From an uncultured Alphaproteobacteria bacterium (GTDB lineage: Bacteria; Pseudomonadota; Alphaproteobacteria; Methylaequorales; Methylaequoraceae), in the NCBI GenBank assembly GCA_902590895.1, contig CACIYM010000004.1, positions 1 to 53,740 of the forward strand: DNA of 53,740 nt, read 5' to 3'. Positions 38,824 through 49,003 of this stretch are shown one piece after another. Numbering within the stretch: the first letter of the stretch is position 1; every line of letters starts with the position of its first letter. Position numbers and translations under genes: made by a program. Below the pieces are notes generated by a model that searched no databases, had not been told where the DNA came from, and saw only the letters and a program-made list of their open reading frames with translations.

Positions 38824-39864
38824 ATGGAATATAGAAAGTTAGGAAATACTGACATTGACGTAAGTGTGATTTGTTTAGGTACGATGACTTGGGGCGAGCA
38901 AAACAATCAAGAGGAGGCATTCGCTCAAATGGATTGTGCAATGGACTATGGAGTAAATTTTTTTGATACTGCAGAATTGTATTCTGTTCCACCGCGGAAA
39001 GAAACATGGGGCTCTACTGAAAAAATTATAGGAGATTGGTTAATGGACCGTAAGTGTAGGGATAAAGTTATATTAGCTACAAAAGTTACAGGTAGATCCG
39101 GAATGAAATGGTTTAGAAATAAAGAAACCAGACTTAACAGGGAACAAATAAATTTAGCAGTTGAGGGAAGCCTGAAGCGATTAAAAACGGATTATATTGA
39201 CCTTTATCAACTGCATTGGCCAGATAGAAAATCGAATTTTTTTGGACAACTTTCATACAAACACCAAAATGATGACGAATATGTCGAAATAGAAGATCAA
39301 CTTGAAATTTTATCAGATTTGGTAAGATCTGGAAAAGTTAGATATGTTGGTTTATCAAACGAAACACCTTGGGGTGTTATGAAATTTATTTCGTGTGCTG
39401 AGCGCCTAAACTTTCCAAAAGTTGTTTCAATTCAAAACCCTTATTCTCTTTTGAATAGAAGCTACGAAGTGGGTTTGGCAGAAATTTCAATGAGAGAAAA
39501 GTGTGGTTTGCTAGCTTATTCACCATTAGCATTTGGAATGTTAACGGGAAAATATGATAATGGCTCAAAACCTGACGGAGCAAGACTCACTTTGTTTGGA
39601 GAAATGTTTACAAGATATACAAAACCAAAGGGTTTAAAATATTCTGAAAAATTTAATGATCTAGCAAAAAAATTTGATATGAGCCCCACCCAAATGGCTT
39701 TAGCTTTTGTAAATTCCAGAGATTTTTTAACAAGCAATATAATTGGAGCAACTAATATAGATCAGCTCAAAGAAAATATTGAGAGTTTTAGTATTAGATT
39801 GTCAAGTGAGATACTTGAAGAAATTGAAAAAATTAGCAACGAAAACCCATTTCCTTGCCCTTAA
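38824..39864 (+). CDS. tas: NADP(H)-dependent aldo/keto reductase, Tas-like
   Basis: LGTMTWGEQN, DTAELY..PP, LYQLHWPDR, SNETPWG, LAYSPLAFG.LTGKY. Confidence 0.9.
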   Translation: MEYRKLGNTDIDVSVICLGTMTWGEQNNQEEAFAQMDCAMDYGVNFFDTAELYSVPPRKETWGSTEKIIGDWLMDRKCRDKVILATKVTGRSGMKWFRNKETRLNREQINLAVEGSLKRLKTDYIDLYQLHWPDRKSNFFGQLSYKHQNDDEYVEIEDQLEILSDLVRSGKVRYVGLSNETPWGVMKFISCAERLNFPKVVSIQNPYSLLNRSYEVGLAEISMREKCGLLAYSPLAFGMLTGKYDNGSKPDGARLTLFGEMFTRYTKPKGLKYSEKFNDLAKKFDMSPTQMALAFVNSRDFLTSNIIGATNIDQLKENIESFSIRLSSEILEEIEKISNENPFPCP

Positions 39865-39869
39865 AAAAG

Positions 39870-40706
39870 TTAATCCTTTTTTACAAAATAAGTTGTCAAA
39901 GCAACAACTAAGATACCAAAAAAGGTAATTAAGCTAATTTTTTCTTCCAGAAAAAAAAAACCTAATAATGTCGAAAAAACTATTCTGCTATAACCTAGTA
40001 TAATTACACTATTGGTTTTTCCGTATCTGTATGATTCTGAATTAAAGTATTGGCCAGCTAGTGCTGTAATTGTCAATAAAATTATACTTAGAAAATTATG
40101 GTATAAATTAAATTCAATTTTGTTTAAAAAAAAAATCAGAAAAACAATTGTTGAAAAAAAAGAATGATAAATCATTACAGTTAGTGTGTTTTCAAGTTTT
40201 GCTAAAAATGAAATAGATATTATTCCTCCCGCAACACACAGAGCAGAAAAAATACTCATGTATAAACCGATTAGATTAGAAGTTTGTGTTGGTAATGCAA
40301 TTAAATAAACTCCAAAAAAACCTGTAAAAACTAAAATTAAGGAAAATAAATTTAATTTTTCTTTAAGAAAAAAAAAAGCAAGGATGCTTGTAAAAAAAAC
40401 TTTGGTAAACCCAATTGAAGTTGCTTCAGATAAAGAAATATAACTCAAGGAACGATATCCAAAATACATTGCCATTGTTCCAAAAATGGATCTTAAAATA
40501 TGTATTTTAATATTGGATGTTTTGACAATTTTAATACCTTTTTTTAGGGTTGTAGAAATTATTAAAATTAAAACTAATCCAATAAAAGATCTAAAAAAAA
40601 CTATACTTTCTATATTAGTTATATCCAATAGCAATTTTACTTGAAGGCCTAGGAGTGAAAAAAACGCACAACTTATTACTTGATTATAAATACTAAGCTT
40701 TTTCAT
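39870..40706 (-). CDS. DMT/EamA family transporter
   Basis: About 10 TMs; FFRS, H..RS..G, FLKEK. Start uncertain (40706 or 40724). Confidence 0.82.
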   Translation of the reverse strand: MKKLSIYNQVISCAFFSLLGLQVKLLLDITNIESIVFFRSFIGLVLILIISTTLKKGIKIVKTSNIKIHILRSIFGTMAMYFGYRSLSYISLSEATSIGFTKVFFTSILAFFFLKEKLNLFSLILVFTGFFGVYLIALPTQTSNLIGLYMSIFSALCVAGGIISISFLAKLENTLTVMIYHSFFSTIVFLIFFLNKIEFNLYHNFLSIILLTITALAGQYFNSESYRYGKTNSVIILGYSRIVFSTLLGFFFLEEKISLITFFGILVVALTTYFVKKD

Positions 40707-41535
40707 TTTTAATTTTTCCAGCAATAAAAGAATTACAAACTATTAATCCAATTCCACAAATTGAAGTAATTAAATCAATTTTTTCTTGGAAAAAAAAAAA
40801 CCCAAGAATAGTGGAAAAAATAAGTTTTGTGAAATCAAATGGCATTAAATTCGTTAGTTTAGATAGACTTATAGCTTTTGTCCAAAAGTAATTCCCTAAG
40901 GTTGCTATTACAGCAAGTGAGAACAATAGTGCTAGAATAAAAAAAGAATCTACCTCGTCCCATACATACACTGACGGAATAAAGGTGATAGGAGCCATTA
41001 AAACCACCATACTAAACATTAGAGTAAGAACATTTTCATCATTTGATAATCTTTTAACAAGGAGACCAGCAACTGCATGAGTGATCGCTGAAACAACAGC
41101 TAAAATACTACCTAATTCAACTTTCAGATCTGGTCTTATTATCAAAATTGTAAATAAAAATCCAACTATCAGAAAAAAAGTTTTAAACAAGTCAATCTTT
41201 TCTTTAAAAAAAAGAATGCTACCAAAATACATGAACAATGGTGTACTAAAACTAATTGCCATGGCCTGAGATAATGGAATTAGGGTATAAGCTGTAAATA
41301 ATAAGATCATTGTCATTCCGCCAAAAATTCCTCTGAGGACTAAAAGACCTATGTTTGATTTATATTTTACAAAAGTTTTCTGACTTAAAAAAAAAGGTGC
41401 TAAAATTAAAATACCTAAAAAATTTCTAAAAAAAGACTGTTGAATTGGGTTGATATATTCTGCAACAAATTTGATGAGTGCTGCTAAAATCGAAAATAAA
41501 AAACATGAGGATACTAGTAGCGCAACAGGGTACAT
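40693..41535 (-). CDS. DMT/EamA family transporter
   Basis: FFRN, LRG..G, PLSQA.AI.F..PLF, IIRP, PFDF.KL. Start uncertain. Confidence 0.85.
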   Translation of the reverse strand: MYPVALLVSSCFLFSILAALIKFVAEYINPIQQSFFRNFLGILILAPFFLSQKTFVKYKSNIGLLVLRGIFGGMTMILLFTAYTLIPLSQAMAISFSTPLFMYFGSILFFKEKIDLFKTFFLIVGFLFTILIIRPDLKVELGSILAVVSAITHAVAGLLVKRLSNDENVLTLMFSMVVLMAPITFIPSVYVWDEVDSFFILALLFSLAVIATLGNYFWTKAISLSKLTNLMPFDFTKLIFSTILGFFFFQEKIDLITSICGIGLIVCNSFIAGKIKNEKA

Positions 41536-41597
41536 ATTTTTTTTCAATTTCCTCTTTAGTTTCTTGCAATTTAGTTTCAATTATGTCAATAAAAATA

Positions 41598-42116
41598 ATG
41601 ATTTTTTTACGATCAAATTCTTTTTATAAAATTGTAATTTTATCAATTTTATTATTTTTTTTTAACTTAGAGTCAAAAGAGCTGGCAAAATTTAATGATT
41701 GGACAGCGTTTGCAGAAGGAGAAGGTAAAAACCTTGCTTGCATGGCTGTATCAAAACCAAAGAAAGCTGAAGGAAATTATTCACGTCGAGGAGATATTTT
41801 TGCAATTGTAACTCATCTTCCTGGTCAGAATAAATGGAACGAATTTAGTATAGTGGCTGGATATAATTTTCAGCCGAATAGTAATCCGGATGTGACCATA
41901 GGAGATATGAAATTTCAGTTATTCACTTCTGGTTCACGAGCATGGAGTTTTAGTCCTAGCGAAGATGATAAAATTGTAAAATTCTTAAAAAATTCAATGA
42001 AGATGAAAGTAGTTGGAACATCATCAAGGGGTACAATTACAAATGATACGTATTCCCTGGTTGGATTTAGCAAGGCTTATCAAAAAATTAATGAAGCATG
42101 TAATAAAAAAAAATAA
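41598..42116 (+). CDS. Invasion-associated locus B (IalB) family periplasmic protein
   Basis: Signal peptide; F.DW, C...S.P, RG.I...VT, GTSSRGT...D.YSL.GF.KA......C. Start moved downstream of the ORF-track start. Confidence 0.8.
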   Translation: MIFLRSNSFYKIVILSILLFFFNLESKELAKFNDWTAFAEGEGKNLACMAVSKPKKAEGNYSRRGDIFAIVTHLPGQNKWNEFSIVAGYNFQPNSNPDVTIGDMKFQLFTSGSRAWSFSPSEDDKIVKFLKNSMKMKVVGTSSRGTITNDTYSLVGFSKAYQKINEACNKKK

Positions 42117-42119
42117 ATA

Positions 42120-43322
42120 ATGACCAAAAAAGAAAAAATAGTCTTAGCCTTTTCAGGTGGTCTAGATACATCTATAATTCTTAAATGGCTTCAAAATGAA
42201 AAGAACTTTGAAGTAGTTACATTTACAGCAGATATAGGTCAAGGTATTGAAATTCAAGAGGCGAGAGACAAAGCTAAAAGTTTTGGTATTAAAGAAATTT
42301 TTATTGAAGATTTAACCAATGAATTTATTGAAGAATATGTATTTCCAATGTTTAGGGCAAACACTCTTTATGAAGGTCAGTATCTTTTAGGAACATCTAT
42401 AGCGCGACCACTGATAGCAAAAAAACAAATTCAAATTGCGGAAAAAGTTGGAGCAAATTTTGTATCTCATGGTGCAACTGGAAAAGGTAATGACCAAATT
42501 AGATTTGAATTGGCTTATTATGCGCTCAATCCTAAAATAAAAGTTATAGCCCCCTGGAGAGAGTGGAGCTTGAAATCTAGACAAGATTTAATTGAGTATG
42601 CAAACAACAATGATATTTCATTTTCAAAAGATAAGGAAAATGAACCACCCTATTCAATGGATGCAAATATACTTCATACTTCATATGAGGGAAAATTTTT
42701 GGAGGATCCTTGGATACCACCTGACGAGTCTATGTTTTCAAGATCCGTATCACCAGAGGTAGCACCAAATGAGCCAGTCGAAATTCAAATAGAGTTTTTG
42801 AATGGTGATCCAATAAAAATAGATAATGAAAAGAAGTCACCCACAGAAATATTTCAATATTTAAATGATATTGGGGGAAAAAATGGCATCGGGAGGTTGG
42901 ATTTAGTGGAAAATAGATTTGTAGGAATGAAATCTAGAGGTGTGTATGAAACTCCTGGAGGCTCGATTCTTTTAGCGGCAAGAAGAGCTGTTGAAAGTAT
43001 AACGCTTGATAAAGCTGCTGCCCATTTAAAAGATGAAATTATGCCCAGATATGCAGAACTGATATATAACGGTTTTTGGTTCTCTCCAGAAAGAGAAATG
43101 CTTCAAGCCATGATAGATAAAAGTCAAAAAAATGTTAACGGCGTTGTAAGGCTAAAAATTTACAAAGGAAATGTTACCATCTTAGGACGAAAATCAGATT
43201 CAAGTTTGTATTCAACTGAAATGGCAACTTTTGAGGAGGACAGCGTTTATGATCAAAAAGATGCAGAAGGTTTTATAAAGCTCAATGCACTTAGATTGAA
43301 GTTACTCAAAAATATCACTTAA
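42120..43322 (+). CDS. argG: Argininosuccinate synthase
   Basis: [48 protein letters not shown]. Confidence 0.98.
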   Translation: MTKKEKIVLAFSGGLDTSIILKWLQNEKNFEVVTFTADIGQGIEIQEARDKAKSFGIKEIFIEDLTNEFIEEYVFPMFRANTLYEGQYLLGTSIARPLIAKKQIQIAEKVGANFVSHGATGKGNDQIRFELAYYALNPKIKVIAPWREWSLKSRQDLIEYANNNDISFSKDKENEPPYSMDANILHTSYEGKFLEDPWIPPDESMFSRSVSPEVAPNEPVEIQIEFLNGDPIKIDNEKKSPTEIFQYLNDIGGKNGIGRLDLVENRFVGMKSRGVYETPGGSILLAARRAVESITLDKAAAHLKDEIMPRYAELIYNGFWFSPEREMLQAMIDKSQKNVNGVVRLKIYKGNVTILGRKSDSSLYSTEMATFEEDSVYDQKDAEGFIKLNALRLKLLKNIT

Positions 43323-44198
43323 CTTGATAGGTGCCACTCCAAACTGTTCATAAGAGGTGAATAAAGTATTTAACAACAGACAAGCAATTGTCATTGGCCC
43401 GACGCCACCAGGCACAGGTGTTATTTTTGACGAATTTTCAATGCACTCATCATAATCAACATCTCCAACTAAAATTTTTTTCCCATCTCTGTCTATTCTG
43501 TTAATACCAACATCAATAACAACAGCTCCTTTTTTTACCCAGTTTCCTTTAACCATTTCTGGAATACCTACAGCAGCAACAAGAATATCGGCAGATTTTA
43601 CTAGTTCTTCTATATTTTTTGTTCTTGAGTGAGCTATTGTCACTGTGGCATTCATTCCTAATAGCAAAGCTGCCATCGGTTTTCCAACTATGTTTGATCT
43701 GCCAATAATTACAGCATTCTTACCAGAAAGATCAGGGTTTAATTTTTTTAATAATATACTACAACCCAAAGGTGTGCACGGGACAAGAGAGTTAAGACCA
43801 GACCACAGCTTACCTACATTTTCTGCGTGAAAGCCATCAACGTCTTTTACTGGCTTTATTGTGTCCAAAACTAGGTCGGCATTGATATGTTTTGGAAGGG
43901 GGAGTTGAACTAAAATTCCTTGAACTTCATCGTCGTCATTCAACTTGTTTACAACAGATAAGAGTTCTTCTTCGGATACATTTTCATCAAGTCTATGTTC
44001 AATAGAGTTAAAACCTACCTCTTTGGTTTTTTCAATTTTATTTTTTACATATACTCTACTTGCAGGGTTCTCCCCAACTAGCACAACCGCAAGTCCTGGT
44101 GTTCTATTTGATTCCTTTATTAAAATATCACCAAATTTTTTTATTTTTTCTCTGATTTCAGCGGAAACTTTTTTTCCATCAATTATTTTTTCGTTCAT
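43302..44198 (-). CDS. folD: Methylene-THF dehydrogenase / methenyl-THF cyclohydrolase
   Basis: [48 protein letters not shown]. Confidence 0.98.
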   Translation of the reverse strand: MNEKIIDGKKVSAEIREKIKKFGDILIKESNRTPGLAVVLVGENPASRVYVKNKIEKTKEVGFNSIEHRLDENVSEEELLSVVNKLNDDDEVQGILVQLPLPKHINADLVLDTIKPVKDVDGFHAENVGKLWSGLNSLVPCTPLGCSILLKKLNPDLSGKNAVIIGRSNIVGKPMAALLLGMNATVTIAHSRTKNIEELVKSADILVAAVGIPEMVKGNWVKKGAVVIDVGINRIDRDGKKILVGDVDYDECIENSSKITPVPGGVGPMTIACLLLNTLFTSYEQFGVAPIKLSDIFE

Positions 44199-44199
44199 T

Positions 44200-44487
44200 C
44201 TATAAACCATACTTTGTCATAACAAATTGTAAAGCTTCAATAAGTATTATTAGTAAGACTGGAGATAAATCAATTGCTCCAAAATTTGGTAAGAACTTCC
44301 TTATCCTTTTTAGTAAGGGTTCGGTAAGTTTGTATAGACAATCCATTATTATTGATACAAGTTTGTTATTGTAATTGATAACATTAAATGAGACTAGCAT
44401 ACTTAAAATAACATATATGATTACCGCATACTTATAAAGTTGAAGTATTTGATATATGATGTAAGCAAAAAAGTCAAAAAAGTACAT
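44200..44487 (-). CDS. YggT family membrane protein
   Basis: LTEPLL..IR..LP..G.IDLSP. Confidence 0.9.
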   Translation of the reverse strand: MYFFDFFAYIIYQILQLYKYAVIIYVILSMLVSFNVINYNNKLVSIIMDCLYKLTEPLLKRIRKFLPNFGAIDLSPVLLIILIEALQFVMTKYGL

Positions 44488-44509
44488 AGTTAAAGACCAA
44501 TTTTATAAT

Positions 44510-45868
44510 ATGAAAAAAACAGATGATCAAATAGATTTTAATTTTTCTAGGCCAATAGATGTTCAAATAAATTTAGAAGTAGAATTTATTAATTTTGTTT
44601 TAAAAGAAATAAATTATGAAAAAGAAAAAAATTTAATTTTTGATAAACATCTAAAATTCTTAATTTTAGAGCTTTTTTATTGTTGGCTTGAATCTAATAA
44701 CCAAATGCTTTCAGTTTCTATGTCAAAAAGAGGCTACTTATCTAACTCAAGATATAATCCAAACAAGATATCTTCATACACAATAAGAGTTATAAATTTT
44801 CTAAAAAAAGAAAATTATATCCAGTTTTATCCTGGCTTTTTTGATTCAATAAGAAAAAAAAGCAGGTTATCAAGAATTAAAGCTTCGGATAAATTAATCA
44901 ATCTATTTAAAAATATCAAATTACCTCCAAAAATAAAAATCAATCACCCTTTAAGGGAGTTTTTAATTAAAACCGATGGAAAAAAAAAGATCGAATACTC
45001 TGATGATTTTGAAACACAAGACGTTAAAGAAATAATCTACAATTATAATGAATTAATTTCTAAGACAATTATCGACATCCCACTACTGGAGGAACCATAT
45101 GTAAATAGACATGATAATAAAAAAATAATTATTTCAAGAACTGCGTCAAACGCTAATTATATATTTCAAGGAAGCCCATTTAAAAAATTTAAAATTGAGG
45201 GATGCTGGTGGAATAGAATTGATCTAGAATTTTTAGCAATATATGCAAAATTTTTTATTGTAAATGATAGTCCTACAGTTTTTTTTGATCTAAGTGAAAA
45301 ATTTAATATTTTTTTAAAAAAAAAAATTGGGATTGAAAATATTTTTAAAAAAAAAGACTTAGAAAATTTTGGGAGATCTCAAATATGTTATCTTATAATA
45401 AAAGGAGTAAACTCAAAAAATTTTGAAAGTTTTTTTAGGTCTGTTTTAACAGAAAAAAAAAAATATTTTAAAAACGAAGGTTTACCTGCTAAGGAAATAA
45501 AAAACAGGCTTCATGTTTTTATAGAAAATAACCAGTTTATTTCAAATTATTTTTTTAGAAGTTATAGATTAAATTGGGATGAATATTTGATGGATGTATT
45601 TTATAATTTATTAAAGAAATGCGTCCCAGCAAATATTCCTGTCTACTTAATAAAAGATAAAATTTATTCGCCTAAAACTTTTTCTGAAATAGTTAAATCA
45701 AATCTTGATCAAATTTTAAAACTAACATTGAGTGAAAAAAAAAATGAAATTGGTTTCACAGATTGCGCATCATATAACTTTAAATCAAAAGGTTTTTTTA
45801 GTAGAATGTTCAAATCAAGTAATTCTAGTTCAAGACGATATATTGAAAGAGTAAAAACTTATAAATAG
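44510..45868 (+). CDS. Hypothetical protein; putative degenerate family-A DNA polymerase / T7-RNAP-like fold
   Basis: Long ORF with SRPIDV, SRYNP, YNELI..T.IDIP, GCWWNRI, NDSPTVFFDLS, RSQ...I..GVN and IPVYLIKD.I, recalling the 'GGRFYGGWWQ' hypothetical polymerase-like family. The CDS is secure; the function is inferred. Confidence 0.55.
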   Translation: MKKTDDQIDFNFSRPIDVQINLEVEFINFVLKEINYEKEKNLIFDKHLKFLILELFYCWLESNNQMLSVSMSKRGYLSNSRYNPNKISSYTIRVINFLKKENYIQFYPGFFDSIRKKSRLSRIKASDKLINLFKNIKLPPKIKINHPLREFLIKTDGKKKIEYSDDFETQDVKEIIYNYNELISKTIIDIPLLEEPYVNRHDNKKIIISRTASNANYIFQGSPFKKFKIEGCWWNRIDLEFLAIYAKFFIVNDSPTVFFDLSEKFNIFLKKKIGIENIFKKKDLENFGRSQICYLIIKGVNSKNFESFFRSVLTEKKKYFKNEGLPAKEIKNRLHVFIENNQFISNYFFRSYRLNWDEYLMDVFYNLLKKCVPANIPVYLIKDKIYSPKTFSEIVKSNLDQILKLTLSEKKNEIGFTDCASYNFKSKGFFSRMFKSSNSSSRRYIERVKTYK

Positions 45869-45876
45869 ATTAAATT

Positions 45877-46284
45877 ATGGTGACTACAAAATTTGGACTT
45901 AATCAATTGAAATTTAATAAGGGTAGTAAGATTTATGCAAAAGGAGATAAAGCTGATTTTGCATATTATGTGCATGTAGGTAAAGTAAATATATACTCCC
46001 CAGGCGGTTTATTACTTGGTCAAATTGGTGAAGGTGAAATTTTTGGCGAAAGAGGTCCCTCACTTGACGAGTCAAGATCAATAACAGCTGAAGCCGCAAC
46101 AAGTTGTGTTTTATACCCTATCAGCGAAAAAACTTTAAAGGAGAAGATTAAGACTGCGGATCCGGTCTTAAGGGCTATCCTGAGAAGTCTACTTATTAGA
46201 TTGAATGACATAAATGTTAAGAGTGAGGACTTTTGGAGAAATCTTAACGTTATGACATCCCTTACCAAAGGTGATGAAGGTTAA
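45877..46284 (+). CDS. Stand-alone cyclic-nucleotide-binding domain protein
   Basis: G..IY..GD.AD.AY.V..G.V, GEIFGE and RS phosphate-binding cassette, C-helix; no HTH. Confidence 0.88.
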   Translation: MVTTKFGLNQLKFNKGSKIYAKGDKADFAYYVHVGKVNIYSPGGLLLGQIGEGEIFGERGPSLDESRSITAEAATSCVLYPISEKTLKEKIKTADPVLRAILRSLLIRLNDINVKSEDFWRNLNVMTSLTKGDEG

Positions 46285-47561
46285 AGTGTATTTTTACCTT
46301 GACGGTGAAGTGTGTTTTCTTCACCGTTAACTAGATTCCAAAACTTTTGCATGTAATCTTCGCCAAACCTATCGATATTAAATTTTGAATAATCAAACAT
46401 TTTGCTAATTTTCTTTTCGCCAATTATCTCCTCGGCAACAGATTCACCTAAAACTGGAGAATACTTCATGGCTTGACCGGAGCCTAGATTATGAAATAGG
46501 TTATTTATTTTGGAATCTTTGCCAAGTATAAATCTTAAATCAGGCGTTATATCAAAAAATGATCTATATCCTGAAGCATAAACAGTTTTATCTATGTTAG
46601 AAAATCTTTTTTTTGAAATGTCTTCGTAATTTTTAATTTGATTATAGGCCAGTGACTGGTTCATTGGCTCGTTAAGATACTCTCCGCCATTAACGGCGCA
46701 TAGATCATTTAAAAAATTTTTCGCTATCTCATAGACAGACCTTTTTCGTGGTTGATGAGCGTGCATTTTATTTCCTCGCCAAGACCTGAAATAACAAAGG
46801 TTTGTATAATCAGCGATAATTGGATATTCATATTTAATTTGTCTAGGACTTTCCATCCAGTTAACTACTGAAACTGGTTCGATGGTAACTGGTATCTTTA
46901 ACCCGATTTTTGAAAACAATTGCGCGCTCCATGCTCCTGTTGCATTGACAAAGTTCTTTGCGTCAAATTTTCCATTGTTTGTTGTACATGAAATAATTTT
47001 ATTCCCATCGGTAATTATAGCATCAACTTCAGTCTTTTCAAAAAGTTCCACACCATTTTCATCTATAGCGTCGTATAAAACTGAACGAAGAATACTTGGG
47101 TCTAGTTGAAACGCATCTGGTTCGTAGTAATATGATTCATCTTTATCGATAATTAAAGTATCTCCACATTTTTCTACTGCTGATTCGGGGGAAATTTCCT
47201 CAAAGATCAAGTCGATTTTTTTCATTCTTTCAGACAGATCATTCCACGCGGGGTTTTCGCCGTCGGAATTTTTTTTAGCTATCCATATAGCTCCAAAGGG
47301 GTCGATTTCCATATTTTTGCCCCAATGTTTCTCTAAATTTTTCCACATGTTGGAGCTTATTGAAGCCATTACTGATGCATCAGGGTCAGCATTTGCTGAT
47401 CTTACTATACCTGAGTGTCGAGATGATTCGGCCGCGCACAATACGGCCTTGTCTAAAAGACATACCTTTTCTCCTCTACCAATCTCATTCAACTTTCGTT
47501 GAAGTGAAATTGCTGTGGCTGCACCTAAGCAACCACCTCCAATAACAACTGTATGATACAT
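46281..47561 (-). CDS. FAD-dependent oxidoreductase, DAO / sarcosine-oxidase-beta-like
   Basis: VIGGGCLG, SSRHSG.VR, VNATGAWS, DITPD...ILG, GSGQAMK.SP. Confidence 0.85.
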   Translation of the reverse strand: MYHTVVIGGGCLGAATAISLQRKLNEIGRGEKVCLLDKAVLCAAESSRHSGIVRSANADPDASVMASISSNMWKNLEKHWGKNMEIDPFGAIWIAKKNSDGENPAWNDLSERMKKIDLIFEEISPESAVEKCGDTLIIDKDESYYYEPDAFQLDPSILRSVLYDAIDENGVELFEKTEVDAIITDGNKIISCTTNNGKFDAKNFVNATGAWSAQLFSKIGLKIPVTIEPVSVVNWMESPRQIKYEYPIIADYTNLCYFRSWRGNKMHAHQPRKRSVYEIAKNFLNDLCAVNGGEYLNEPMNQSLAYNQIKNYEDISKKRFSNIDKTVYASGYRSFFDITPDLRFILGKDSKINNLFHNLGSGQAMKYSPVLGESVAEEIIGEKKISKMFDYSKFNIDRFGEDYMQKFWNLVNGEENTLHRQGKNTL

Positions 47562-47623
47562 ATTTCCCTCTTTAGTAATTATTGTTATAAATAAAAAAAA
47601 AACAAGTAATTTTAAGGAACATC

Positions 47624-49003
47624 GTGAATAATATTTTTTTTGGTAAAGGTTGGGCGTTTAAAATTTATAAAAGCGAATTTTATAAATCTTTTGATTTATT
47701 AAGTCTGCAATACTTAGATATAAAAAAATATCCTTATCTTCTTGAAAGCTCCTCACGAGGTAATTTAAAAAATAGGTATTCAATATTGTTTTATAAACCG
47801 GAGTTTTCTATTGAAAAAAATACAAATAATTTTTTAGTTGAACTTGATAAGCATTGGTTGAGAAATAAGATTGATCAAGACAAATTAGTTTGGAAAGATA
47901 AAAAATTACCGTTTGTGGGGGGATGGTTTGTTTATTTTGGGTATGAGCTATCTAAAGAAATTGAACCTACATTAAATATCCCTGACTCTCCTTTTGAATT
48001 ACCAACTGCTTTTGCAAGTAGAGTTAAAACAGCATTAATATTTGACCACGTTGACAACGAAATTTTTTTAGTCTCAGAGGATACAGAAAAATTTAAAACA
48101 ATTTGTAAAGATATTGAAACGGATTTTGACAAAATGCTTAAAGTCAAAGATAATTTTATTGGAAATATAGAATTACTAAATAAAGGATCGGAAGAAGAGC
48201 ACCAATCTCAGGTTAGGAAGTGTATCGAGTACATATTTCAAGGAGAGATATTTCAAGCAAATTTGTCAAGACTTTGGAATTATAAAGTCGATAATGGAAT
48301 TAAAGCCTTTGATATTTACAAACAACTAAGAATTAAAAATCCTTCACCTTTTTCTGGTTTAGTAAACTATAATGACAGCTTCATTATAAGTTCTTCCCCC
48401 GAAAGACTGGTATCTGTTAATGACAACTTTTTAGAAACTAGACCTATTGCAGGTACTAGGCCTAGAGGAAGTTCAGGTTTACATGATATAGAACTTTCTA
48501 ATGAACTAATAAATTCTGATAAGGAAAAAGCTGAGCACCTTATGTTAGTTGATTTAGAAAGGAATGATATATCGAAGGTTTGTGAGCCGGGGTCTGTGAA
48601 AGTAAATGAAATGATGACTATTGAATCTTATGCTCATGTTCACCATATCGTGTCAAATGTTTGTGGTCAAAAAATTAAAAACGTAAGTCCTGGTAAAGTA
48701 ATTTCATCAGTTTTTCCTGGTGGAACAATTACTGGTTGTCCAAAGGTTAGATGTATGGAAATCCTTGGTGAACTTGAGAAAATAGGAAGAGGACCATATA
48801 CTGGCTCTTTTGGTTACATAACACATTCAGGAAACATGGATGTAAATATTTTAATTAGATCTATGTTGTTGGAAAATAATAACTTATATTTTAGGGCAGG
48901 TGGAGGGATCGTAGCAGATTCAGCACCAGAAGCCGAAACACTTGAAACTGAGGCTAAAGCTAACGGAATGCTAAATGCCCTAAAAGCCTTTGATGATGTC
49001 TGA
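47624..49003 (+). CDS. pabB: Aminodeoxychorismate synthase component I
   Basis: LLES, GEIFQANLSR, SSSPERL, TRPIAGTRPR, AEHLMLVDLERND, FPGGTITGCPK, AGGGIV.DS; adjacent to pabC. Confidence 0.85.
   Translation: MNNIFFGKGWAFKIYKSEFYKSFDLLSLQYLDIKKYPYLLESSSRGNLKNRYSILFYKPEFSIEKNTNNFLVELDKHWLRNKIDQDKLVWKDKKLPFVGGWFVYFGYELSKEIEPTLNIPDSPFELPTAFASRVKTALIFDHVDNEIFLVSEDTEKFKTICKDIETDFDKMLKVKDNFIGNIELLNKGSEEEHQSQVRKCIEYIFQGEIFQANLSRLWNYKVDNGIKAFDIYKQLRIKNPSPFSGLVNYNDSFIISSSPERLVSVNDNFLETRPIAGTRPRGSSGLHDIELSNELINSDKEKAEHLMLVDLERNDISKVCEPGSVKVNEMMTIESYAHVHHIVSNVCGQKIKNVSPGKVISSVFPGGTITGCPKVRCMEILGELEKIGRGPYTGSFGYITHSGNMDVNILIRSMLLENNNLYFRAGGGIVADSAPEAETLETEAKANGMLNALKAFDDV

Noticed and set aside
44510-45868. 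Prophage or integrative element remnant
   Set aside because: The ORF is intact, its composition matches the host, it is tightly packed between host genes, and there are no other mobile-element genes or att-like repeats.
47624-49003. Anthranilate synthase TrpE
   Set aside because: It is directly coupled to pabC and has no trp genes nearby, so PabB is the better call, although the two families are homologous.
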